From positions 1 to 37,663 of the forward strand of contig PMNG01000162.1 of assembly GCA_003162615.1 (NCBI GenBank): 37,663 nt of DNA. The letters are read 5' to 3'. The position numbers and the translations under genes were made by a program. This document shows positions 8,840 through 16,657 of this stretch, in pieces (position 1 is the first letter of the stretch; every line of letters begins with the position of its first letter). The notes under the pieces were generated by a model. It ran no database searches. It saw only the letters and a list, made by a program, of their open reading frames with translations, and had not been told where the DNA came from. The stretch is from Methanothrix sp. (lineage in GTDB: Archaea; Halobacteriota; Methanosarcinia; Methanotrichales; Methanotrichaceae).

Positions 8840-9589
8840 TTAGGACGTCCCATCCTGGGCGCAAGAGCACGACCTCTCGCCTGGAATTTTTTCTGCTGTT
8901 CGGGAGATTATCTCTTTTACACAATTGCTCAACCGGTCCATCTGCTCTGTAATTTCTGAGAGGCTTAGTTTTCCTCCCTCGGTTTTCATCCCGCAGGCCT
9001 CGTTGGTCACGATGCATAGCGAAGCGTAGCACAGCCCCAGTTCCTTGGCCAGCACAACCTCTGGATATCCAGTCATTCCCACAACATCCCCGAACTGTCT
9101 CATCATCCTGATCTGGGCCGGAGACTCCAGATGAGGCCCCTCTGCACACACATAGACTCCTTCGAAGGGCTGTATGCTAATTTCCGACATGGCATTCCGA
9201 AGTGATGACAGCAGCTCTAGGCAATATGGCTGGCTCATATCGACGTGCACTGCTCTGTCGTCAAAGAAGGTGTTTGTTCTAGCTTTGGTGAACTCGACAT
9301 AGTCCAAGGGCAGGAAAAAGCTGCCTACCGGATGGTAGGACATGGTGCCTACGGTGTTGATGGAAATAGCTCTTGTAGCTCCGCTGCTCCTAACCGCACA
9401 TAGGACAGCCCTGTAGTTTACTTTGTGGGGTGGAAGGTGGTTCTCTCCATGACGCGCAATGAAGACTGCCTTCTTGCCTTTGAGCCTTGTCGATTGGACT
9501 TCCACGCTCCCATAGGGCGTTTCTATCGTGTCTGGCGACCCATCAAGGCAAAAGCCAACTCCGCCTATTACCGCAATCCTTGCATCCAT
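8840..9589 (-). CDS. MTAP-family purine nucleoside / 5'-methylthioadenosine phosphorylase
   Basis: IAVIGGVG...FIARHGENHLPPHKVNYRA...INTVG...GPHLESPAQIRMMRQFGDVVGMTGYPEVVLAKELGLCYASLCIVTN is the PNP/MTAP trimeric family pattern. The tail is Cys-containing (SCSC). Confidence 0.8.
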   Translation of the reverse strand: MDARIAVIGGVGFCLDGSPDTIETPYGSVEVQSTRLKGKKAVFIARHGENHLPPHKVNYRAVLCAVRSSGATRAISINTVGTMSYHPVGSFFLPLDYVEFTKARTNTFFDDRAVHVDMSQPYCLELLSSLRNAMSEISIQPFEGVYVCAEGPHLESPAQIRMMRQFGDVVGMTGYPEVVLAKELGLCYASLCIVTNEACGMKTEGGKLSLSEITEQMDRLSNCVKEIISRTAEKIPGERSCSCAQDGTS

Positions 9590-9738
9590 CAGGTCCTCCC
9601 AGAAAATTAAGCCTCTAGGACAAATAGCTCCTCTCTAGGCCATTAAATCTTTCTTGTCTTACTTTTCGCCAAAAATAAGTCTTTTAACTCAAGAAGTCTT
9701 TTATATCATGGCAGCGACCCAATTTAGGAGATCCCCAG

Positions 9739-10980
9739 ATGGAGTTTACTGCCCAAGAGAAGTATGAATTTAAACGGATGCTCGACAACCTCCGGTCCAA
9801 AGTTGGCAGAGGCACGGAGCTAATTTCTCTTTATATACCTCACGACAAGCAGATATCTGATGTGATGGCTCAGCTTCGTGAGGAGAACGGCCAGGCCGCT
9901 AACATCAAGTCCAGAGTAACGCGCCTCAATGTTCAAAGCGCCCTCGATTCGGCTATGTCCAGGGTCCGCCTCATCAACAAGGTTCCTGAAAACGGTGTGG
10001 TGATATTCATCGGATCCATAGACATAGGCAGCAACAAGACTGATATGTATACCTTGGCTCTGGAGCCACCCGATCCCATTACAACTTACAAGTATCACTG
10101 CGATTCCTCATTTCTTCTGGCTCCACTGGAGGAGATGCTGGCCGATAAGAAGACCTTCGGCTTGATAGTCCTGGACAGGCGCGAGGCAACCATCGGACTC
10201 CTCAAGGGAAAACAAATAGTGCCCATGAAACACATGACCTCCACAGTACCGGGCAAACAGAGGAAAGGGGGTCAGTCCAGTCACAGGTTCCAGCAACTAA
10301 GGCTTATTGCTATCCACGACTTCTACAAGAGGATAGGAGACAGCGCGACTGAGGCCTTTCTCCCTATAGACCAGAAGGACTTTGAGGGCATTATCATCGG
10401 CGGCCCGTCGCCCACCAAGGAAGAGTTCGTTGAGGGAGAGTTCCTTCACCATGAGCTGCAGAAGAAGATCCTCGATGCTCTTGATATTTCCTACACAGAT
10501 GAATCCGGCCTGCACGAGCTGGTTGAAGCCGCCCAGGACAGGCTCATCGACCTGGAGCTCACCCAGGATAAGCTGGTCATGAGACGATTCTTGAGGGAAC
10601 TGGTGAGCGACAACGGCCTGGCTGCATATGGCGAAAAAGAGGTAAGGCACAACCTTGAGCTTGGCTCGGTTGACACTCTGCTACTGTCGGAGGATCTGCG
10701 CAAGACCAGGGCCAAGATCGTCTGCACCAACAAGAGCTGCGATTTTGCCGAGAATCAGACTAGGACTTCGTCCTCTCAGCCTGTGGGGAACTGTTTCAAG
10801 TGCGGCAGCTCCCTGAGCATAACTGATGAGGAGGACATAGTCTCAGACCTCTCCAAGCTTGCTGATGCAAGCGGCTCGGCGGTCAAGATAATCTCGACCG
10901 ATTCGGAGGAAGGTGCCCAGCTATACCAAGCCTTTGGTGGGATTGCAGCGATTCTGAGATACAAGACAAGCCACCTGTAG
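9739..10980 (+). CDS. prf1: Peptide chain release factor aRF1
   Basis: NIKS motif (AANIKSRV), GGQ motif (KGGQSSHRF), and a C-terminal domain with a Cys4 mini-domain (CTNKSC...CFKC). Confidence 0.95.
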   Translation: MEFTAQEKYEFKRMLDNLRSKVGRGTELISLYIPHDKQISDVMAQLREENGQAANIKSRVTRLNVQSALDSAMSRVRLINKVPENGVVIFIGSIDIGSNKTDMYTLALEPPDPITTYKYHCDSSFLLAPLEEMLADKKTFGLIVLDRREATIGLLKGKQIVPMKHMTSTVPGKQRKGGQSSHRFQQLRLIAIHDFYKRIGDSATEAFLPIDQKDFEGIIIGGPSPTKEEFVEGEFLHHELQKKILDALDISYTDESGLHELVEAAQDRLIDLELTQDKLVMRRFLRELVSDNGLAAYGEKEVRHNLELGSVDTLLLSEDLRKTRAKIVCTNKSCDFAENQTRTSSSQPVGNCFKCGSSLSITDEEDIVSDLSKLADASGSAVKIISTDSEEGAQLYQAFGGIAAILRYKTSHL

Positions 10981-11055
10981 ACGAATGAATTACGGACAAC
11001 AGCTAGACACAGAGTAGACACATATAATCAGACATGGATTTCGAGACAGTTGACG

Positions 11056-11535
11056 ATGATGACGATTGAAGTCTCTGTTTATGTTATAATCAGGCCCACA
11101 GAGCGGGTGGAAAAGGTTGCCTCTGCCGTGGAGAAGATATTCCCTGGCCTGATAATGGACATCAGAGGGGATCGGATAGAGGCCTATGGAGGGCCAAGCG
11201 CTCTCCGGACTCTGCATAAGCTGCTGAGAGAACAGGAGATCCTGGACACTGCCAGATCGGTCATGCTCCAAGGGCGAGAGGGGAATACGATACAGTTCAG
11301 GTTGAACAAACAGGCCGCTTTTATGGGCTGGGTCAATTTTCCGCCTGAAGAGGAGCCGCTAGGTTCCATTCACGTCCAGATCACAGGAGACGACCTGGTG
11401 ATCGACTGGCTTAGTCCCAGGACAGAGAACGGTGTTCCTGTGGAAGAGATCGATCTCTCTGAGATTGGATCTCAAGGAATCGATTCATTAGAGACATATT
11501 TTACAAATGCCAATCCCAGGGAGGAAGATGTTTAG
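11056..11535 (+). CDS. UPF0201 family (COG1931, predicted RNA-binding) protein
   Basis: IEVSVYVIIRPTERVEKVASAVEKIF...LRTLHKLLREQEILDTARSVM...FRLNKQAAFMGWVNF...PLGSIHVQI matches the conserved archaeal UPF0201 pattern. The ORF track starts at an upstream TTG (11050). I prefer the ATG at 11056. Confidence 0.7.
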   Translation: MMTIEVSVYVIIRPTERVEKVASAVEKIFPGLIMDIRGDRIEAYGGPSALRTLHKLLREQEILDTARSVMLQGREGNTIQFRLNKQAAFMGWVNFPPEEEPLGSIHVQITGDDLVIDWLSPRTENGVPVEEIDLSEIGSQGIDSLETYFTNANPREEDV

Positions 11536-12298
11536 CTTCTCCTCAAGCGCCATGGTGGACAGGCCCTTCGACTGGGCGTACCAGCTTGAGGATCTCGGCT
11601 ACACCGGCTGGGAGATAGTAAATGAAGGTAAGCAGAGGCTGACAAAGGAGAATGCCCAGGAGGCCAAAAATATAGCCGAGACCACCAAACTGGTTATAAC
11701 TGTTCATCTTCCCTATTCGGACCTGAACCTGGCAAGTATGAACCAACCCATCTGGGAGGAGACGATCAGGCAGATGAAGAGATGCCTGAGCCTGTCGTGC
11801 GATTTTTGTCGGCTTGCAGTGGTTCATCCTGGACACCTGTCCCCACTTGGAATGTCGATGCCGGACAAGGCTTGGTCCCAGAACATCCTAGGCATCCAGG
11901 AGATATGTGACCATGCCGCAGAGCTGGATATGAAAATCGCTGTGGAGAACATGGTCAACATGCCAGCCCTCCTGGGCCGAAGGCCGGAGGAAATAGTGGG
12001 TATTCTGGAGACAGTGAACAGGGACAACGCTGGGTTCATCCTCGACGTGGGTCACGCCAACACAAATGGGAACGTGAATCAGTTCCTGAAGCTTAAAGAT
12101 CTGGTCATCCACGCTCACATCCACGACAACCACGGTGAGCGGGATGAACATCTTCCTGTGGGTTTTGGCACAGTGCCATGGGACAATGTCGCCGCAGCCT
12201 TCGAAGGTTACAGCGGTAGAATGGTCACGGAGTCCAGGTCCCTAGCCGAGGGCCAGAGATCTCTCAAGCGTCTCAAAAAGCTGATGAAGAAGGAGTGA
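11528..12298 (+). CDS. Sugar phosphate isomerase/epimerase (xylose-isomerase-like TIM barrel, AP endonuclease 2 family)
   Basis: VHLPYSDLN...VVHPGH...IAVENM...LDVGHANTNG...HAHIHDNHGERDEHLPVGFGTVPW is the metal-ligand pattern of this family. I prefer the ATG at 11528, which is preceded by GGGAGGAAG, over the ATG at 11507. It overlaps the end of the UPF0201 gene. Confidence 0.7.
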   Translation: MFSFSSSAMVDRPFDWAYQLEDLGYTGWEIVNEGKQRLTKENAQEAKNIAETTKLVITVHLPYSDLNLASMNQPIWEETIRQMKRCLSLSCDFCRLAVVHPGHLSPLGMSMPDKAWSQNILGIQEICDHAAELDMKIAVENMVNMPALLGRRPEEIVGILETVNRDNAGFILDVGHANTNGNVNQFLKLKDLVIHAHIHDNHGERDEHLPVGFGTVPWDNVAAAFEGYSGRMVTESRSLAEGQRSLKRLKKLMKKE

Positions 12299-12311
12299 GC
12301 AGGTAGCTCTC

Positions 12312-12959
12312 ATGTCTTCATTTGACGGCATCGCCAGAGAAATGCTCACCTGGTTTGATGAAAAGAATACAGCCAGAGAAGAGTCTCTTCAGCTCTGCAG
12401 GGCGGCCATAAGAAGCTGTTCAGCGGCTATAAGATCCGTTCACCGTGGCCAGCTTGAGGAGTCTGAAAAGTTCATGGCCGAGGCACAAGCAACTTTGACC
12501 AGGGTCAGAGCGCTTTTGAAGGATCATCCTGATGTTCACTATGCAGGCTTCTATGACGATGCTGAGCAAGAGTACGCAGAGGCCAGGAACGTCTACTCGA
12601 TCGTTGTGGATCACGAGATTCTGACGCCGGAGAGGACCGGCGTAGGGTTTGTCAATTATCTATCGGGATTGGGCGACGTCACAGGAGAGCTACGGCGTCA
12701 CATCCTGGATATCATCCGCAAGGGCGAGCCTGAGGTCGGAGAGTACTATCTCGAGACGATGGAGGAGATCTTCTACCTGCTGATGCTCTTCGATTATCCC
12801 GATGCCATCACTCGGGGTCTGCGCAGAAAGAGCGATCTTGCCAGGTCCATGATCGAACGAACCAGGGGCGACCTGACAAATGCCATCGAGATGGGAAAGG
12901 TCGAGACGTCGTTGCGTGGCCTGGAGGATAAGCTTAAAGAATCCGGTTTAGGAGTCTAA
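12312..12959 (+). CDS. Translin-family protein (archaeal COG2178)
   Basis: 215 aa and helical. AEQEYAEARNVYSIV and YLSGLGDVTGELRRHILDII are the conserved translin-like boxes. Confidence 0.65.
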   Translation: MSSFDGIAREMLTWFDEKNTAREESLQLCRAAIRSCSAAIRSVHRGQLEESEKFMAEAQATLTRVRALLKDHPDVHYAGFYDDAEQEYAEARNVYSIVVDHEILTPERTGVGFVNYLSGLGDVTGELRRHILDIIRKGEPEVGEYYLETMEEIFYLLMLFDYPDAITRGLRRKSDLARSMIERTRGDLTNAIEMGKVETSLRGLEDKLKESGLGV

Positions 12960-12962
12960 GCC

Positions 12963-14576
12963 ATGAAATTCGATCCAGCCCAGATCAGAGAGGCCGCTAG
13001 TCAGGACTTCGACAAAGCCTGGCGGCAGGGCGGTGTTTATCTCGGACATCCGAAGATCAACGATAGATACCCCAGACGTAGCTGTAACTACGGCGAGCCT
13101 CACCCCATCTTTGACACAATTCAAAGACTGCGAGAGGCCTACCTGAGGCTGGGATTTTCTGAAGCCATGAACCCGGTGATGGTCGACGCTTTGGACGTCT
13201 ATCGTCAGTTTGGGTCGGAAGCGTTGGCGGTCTTGGATAGATGCTTCTACCTTGCTGGTCTGCCCAGGCCGGATATCGGCATCTCGGATGATAGAATTGC
13301 CCAGATCAATCGGATTCTCAATAGAGAGCTTTCTGGAGACGAAGTAGAAGCTGTCCGCCAGATCCTCCACGGTTACAAGAAGGGCAAGGTTGAGGGCGAC
13401 GACCTGGTTGGGGAGATCTCTCACGCCGTAAACGCCAACGATGCTCTTGTATCCACAATCCTTGAAGAAGTCTTTCCTGAGTTCAAAGGCCTTAAAGCCG
13501 AGGCAACCACGAGGACGCTACGTAGCCACATGACCTCCGGCTGGTTTTTGACGCTGTCCAATCTGCACTACCGTCAGAAGACGCCGGTGCGGCTGTTCTC
13601 CATAGACAGGTGTTTTCGCAGGGAACAGGCGGAGGATGCGGCCAGGCTCATGAGCTATCACTCGGCCAGCTGCGTAATCATGGACGAAGAGGTTTCTGTG
13701 GAGGACGGCAAGGCTATGGCCGATGGCCTCCTGAGCCAGTTCGGATTCCAGAAGTTCAGGTTCCAGCCGGACGATAAGAGGAGCAAGTACTACACTCCTG
13801 GAACTCAGATAGAGGTGTATGCCTTTCATCCCGCACTTGTCGGCTCGGCCACTAAATACGGCAGCGGCTGGGTGGAGGTGGCCACCTTCGGCGTATACTC
13901 GCCTACCGCCCTGGCACAGTACGACATACCCTATCCCGTCATGAACCTGGGCCTGGGTGTCGAGCGAATAGCAATGATTCTGCATAACTCCAAGGACCTC
14001 CGTGCCCTGTCCTACCCCCAGTTCCAGGCAGACTGGGAGCTGACGCCTAGGGAGATGGCTCAGATGATCAGAGTGGATAAGTCGCCTTCGACACAAATCG
14101 GTCAAATCATCTCAGAGGCCATCGTCCAGACCTGCATCGAGCACGGAGATACGCCTTCGCCTTGCGAGTTTCCGGCCTGGGAGGGCCAGCTTTACGGTAG
14201 AAACGTAAAGGTGTCGGTGGTTGAGCCGGAGGAGAACACGAAGCTGTGCGGCCCTGCCTACCTGAACGAAGTAGTAGTCTACAAGCAGAATGTGATGGGC
14301 ATTCCCAGGACCTCTCGCTGGGATGATGCCTTCGAGGAAGGAGTGACTACCGGCATAAAGTACATAGATGCCTTTGCAGAGCTAGCCGCATCCGAAGTTG
14401 AGGCCTCTGCTCTGAACGGAAAGGATTCCGAGACAAGGGTGAAGATCGTTCGGACGCCGGGAGAGATAAACCTTAAGATCGATCCGGCTCTTGAGCGGTA
14501 CATCACAAGCCACAAGCATAAGATGGATCTGCGCGGGCCGGTCTTCGTCACTGTTCGCAGCAAGATAGTAGAATAA
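12963..14576 (+). CDS. sepS: O-phosphoseryl-tRNA(Cys) ligase (SepRS)
   Basis: MKFDP...HPIFDTIQRLREAYLRLGFSE, class II motifs (LRSHMTSGWFL, FSIDRCFRRE, GLGVERIAMI), and a ~537-aa length typical of SepRS. Confidence 0.9.
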   Translation: MKFDPAQIREAASQDFDKAWRQGGVYLGHPKINDRYPRRSCNYGEPHPIFDTIQRLREAYLRLGFSEAMNPVMVDALDVYRQFGSEALAVLDRCFYLAGLPRPDIGISDDRIAQINRILNRELSGDEVEAVRQILHGYKKGKVEGDDLVGEISHAVNANDALVSTILEEVFPEFKGLKAEATTRTLRSHMTSGWFLTLSNLHYRQKTPVRLFSIDRCFRREQAEDAARLMSYHSASCVIMDEEVSVEDGKAMADGLLSQFGFQKFRFQPDDKRSKYYTPGTQIEVYAFHPALVGSATKYGSGWVEVATFGVYSPTALAQYDIPYPVMNLGLGVERIAMILHNSKDLRALSYPQFQADWELTPREMAQMIRVDKSPSTQIGQIISEAIVQTCIEHGDTPSPCEFPAWEGQLYGRNVKVSVVEPEENTKLCGPAYLNEVVVYKQNVMGIPRTSRWDDAFEEGVTTGIKYIDAFAELAASEVEASALNGKDSETRVKIVRTPGEINLKIDPALERYITSHKHKMDLRGPVFVTVRSKIVE

Positions 14577-14585
14577 ATAGAGTTA

Positions 14586-15278
14586 TTGTGGGGGGCTCAG
14601 AAGTTGAAGGTAGCATCTTCTAACCAGGAGGGCAAGAGGGCAGCGGGAGAGTCTGCTGCCTGTCTGATCAAAGACGGAATGGTGGTTGGCCTAGGCACTG
14701 GATCGACAGTGGCCTGGACGATTCGAAAGGTCGGAGAGATGGTCGAATCAGGACTCGATATCCTGGGAGTGGCTACGTCTTATCAGGCCGAGGCCCTGGC
14801 CATTGAGTCGAGCATAAGGCTCACGACTCTGAGCCAGCATCCTGTTCTTGACCTGGCCATCGATGGAGCCGATCAGGTAGATGCGAATCTTTTTGCCATA
14901 AAGGGCGGTGGAGCGGCCCACACTCGCGAGAAAGTCGTCGCCTGCTCGGCCAGGAAGTTCGTGGTTGTGGCTGATGAATCTAAGTACGTAGAAACGCTGA
15001 GCCACCCGGTGCCGGCGGAGGTGCTGCCCTTTGCAGCGAGGCTGGTGGAGCGGCGGCTGAAGGAGCTGGGCGGCGTGCCGGTGCTACGCCTCGGCAAGAT
15101 GAAGGACGGGCCGGTGATCACGGACAATGGGAACTTCGTGATGGATGTGGACTTTGGGGCAATCGTTGATCCGGCAGCACTGGCAGCGAAGCTGTGCGGG
15201 ATTCCTGGACTGGTGGAGCACGGGATATTCGACAATCTGGATGAGCTGCATCTGGCAAGAAGGGCGGGGTGGAGATAA
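14586..15278 (+). CDS. rpiA: Ribose-5-phosphate isomerase A
   Basis: [33 protein letters not shown] and [10 protein letters not shown]...GLVEHGIF. The start is uncertain: TTG at 14586 or TTG at 14604. Confidence 0.85.
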   Translation: MWGAQKLKVASSNQEGKRAAGESAACLIKDGMVVGLGTGSTVAWTIRKVGEMVESGLDILGVATSYQAEALAIESSIRLTTLSQHPVLDLAIDGADQVDANLFAIKGGGAAHTREKVVACSARKFVVVADESKYVETLSHPVPAEVLPFAARLVERRLKELGGVPVLRLGKMKDGPVITDNGNFVMDVDFGAIVDPAALAAKLCGIPGLVEHGIFDNLDELHLARRAGWR

Positions 15279-15306
15279 TTAGAAGAAGAGGATGAAGAGT
15301 AGGTCC

Positions 15307-15311
15307 TTTTT
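15307..15311 (+). terminator. Oligo-T tract downstream of rpiA (possible archaeal terminator)
   Basis: A TTTTT run sits ~30 nt after the rpiA stop, inside an imperfect inverted repeat (GAGGATGAAGAG ... CTCTCATCCTC). Confidence 0.25.
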
Positions 15312-15361
15312 GGCCTCATTCATCTTTGCCTCTCATCCTCCTCCCCGAATCTTGTGGAAAA

Positions 15362-15371
15362 TTAAAATATA
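15362..15371 (+). promoter_or_regulatory. TATA-box-like element upstream of the hicB-like ORF
   Basis: TTAAAATATA is centred ~27 nt before the ATG at 15393, which would give a leaderless or near-leaderless mRNA. Confidence 0.3.
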
Positions 15372-15392
15372 CTGCAAGCGAATTTAGAACCA

Positions 15393-15599
15393 ATGGCTGC
15401 TCAACCGTCAACCGTAGAATTCTATGAAAGGCGTCCTCTGCAGGAATTTGCCGTAGGTGTCAGGAAATTCGTTCCTCTTAGGGTCACCAATCTGCAGGTA
15501 GACTACGATGACGGCCTCTGGATTGTAAGTTTGCCTCCTCTGGATGCAACAGGAAGCTCACAGGATTTTCTGGAAGCTAAGAGATTGTTATTTGAGTAG
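15393..15599 (+). CDS. Small protein, possible HicB-like antitoxin
   Basis: 68 aa. DDGLWIVSLPPLDATGSSQDFLEAKRLL resembles the HicB N-terminal pattern (g-y-a-x-P-l-g-c-x-G-x-t-EA). It lies upstream of a HicA-like relic. The call is weak and rests on pattern plus context. Confidence 0.35.
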   Translation: MAAQPSTVEFYERRPLQEFAVGVRKFVPLRVTNLQVDYDDGLWIVSLPPLDATGSSQDFLEAKRLLFE

Positions 15600-15703
15600 A
15601 TAGACTTCTTATGGAATGAGTATGTTCTTTGCCCGGAGGAAGAGCTGGGCGAGACCGGTAAGGTGCTAAGAGATTTGCTCTTGGAATTGTTTTCGGTGAG
15701 CTG

Positions 15704-15954
15704 ATGGCTTCGGCGCTGAGCCAGGATGAGATTGAGGCAGGGCTTGCGAGAAAGGGCTTTTGCCGCAGCCACACTGATCACAGATATTTTATCCTTTATG
15801 TCAACGGGAAGAAGAGGCCGCCACTTTTCTGAGCCACGGGAAGAACCGGGATATCGGTGCACCCTTGCTCAATGCCATGGCCAAGGAGCTTGGCCTCACT
15901 ACCAGAGACTTTGTTGATCTTGTAAAGTGCCCTTTGAGCACTGAGGAATTCTAG
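15704..15954 (+). pseudogene. HicA-like toxin gene with an internal frameshift
   Basis: From the ATG at 15704 the frame reads MASALSQDEIEAGLARKGFCRSHTDHRYFILYVNGKKRPP, then a stop. Another frame continues TFLSHGKNRDIGAPLLNAMAKELGLTTRDFVDLVKCPLSTEEF*. Joined, this gives ~84 aa with the HicA pattern: KGF..H at the start and H-x(3-5)-l-x-x-l-l-x-x-i-x-k-q-l-G-L later. One base appears lost near 15827-15832. Confidence 0.5.
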
Positions 15955-16201
15955 GCAGCAAAAAAGGAAAGGCTGGCCAGTGGTCTGCGGATATTGAGGC
16001 GGGGTTGAAATCAAATATTCACAATGAAGTTGCCTCGGCAAGCACTCGGTCTCGGATGTACCAGTGAAGTAGTTATTATCAAAAAAGTTCCCGCTCTCGT
16101 GTGCAGTTGATGTGGGGAGGCCAAAGGCATTAATTCCGTTCGTGTGGTAAAGTGGGGGAAATACAAGGGAATGGACATGCTCATCCACGCACATGTGCGG
16201 G

Positions 16202-16657
16202 TCATGTCCATCGATCTAAGTTTTGCTCATCCTGTTTCTTGGCTCTTAGCAAATCAATCACTATATCCTCATTCAGATCGTTCTCAACTTCTTGTTCCAT
16301 CAATTTGTCCGCGACGAAGCTCAGCAGCTTTGTTGGCGGTACTGGCTTTTGCAGATACCCGTCTGCTCCCCAGTTGAGAGATTTGATTGCATTTTCAAGT
16401 GTGGCATAACCTGTAACCATGATTTTCTTTGCACCTGGATTGATTAGGTTAAACTGTTTTATGAGTTCAGTGCCTTCCAAATCCGGAAGCTTGATATCTA
16501 TTAACGCCAGGTTATAGTAGTTGGCTTGATATTTCTCTATAGCTTCCTGACCATTTTCTGCAGTGCTTACTCTGTACCCTTTGAGTTCCAGAATAGCCGA
16601 AAAGCTCTTGAGAATTCCCTTGTCATCGTCTACTACTAGTATAAATTTCTTGTCCAT
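16202..16657 (-). CDS. Stand-alone response regulator receiver protein (CheY-like)
   Basis: ILVVDDD, phospho-acceptor LALIDIKLPD, MVTGY and GADGYLQKP. There is a ~30-aa acidic tail and no output domain. It overlaps the kinase gene by 22 nt. Confidence 0.9.
   Translation of the reverse strand: MDKKFILVVDDDKGILKSFSAILELKGYRVSTAENGQEAIEKYQANYYNLALIDIKLPDLEGTELIKQFNLINPGAKKIMVTGYATLENAIKSLNWGADGYLQKPVPPTKLLSFVADKLMEQEVENDLNEDIVIDLLRAKKQDEQNLDRWT

Noticed and set aside
15796-16211. Minus-strand ORFs 15796..16194 (132 aa) and 16011..16211 (66 aa) in the spacer between the hicA relic and the response regulator.
   Set aside because: They overlap each other and the hicA relic, have no motifs and show unusual composition. 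They are more likely non-coding spacer.
16171-16211. Inverted repeat ATGGACATG ... CATGTCCAT with a central GCACATGTGC palindrome at the 3' end of the response-regulator gene, as a possible terminator or operator.
   Set aside because: One arm lies inside the last codons of the gene and no oligo-T tract follows. The evidence is insufficient for a functional call, so I only note it.
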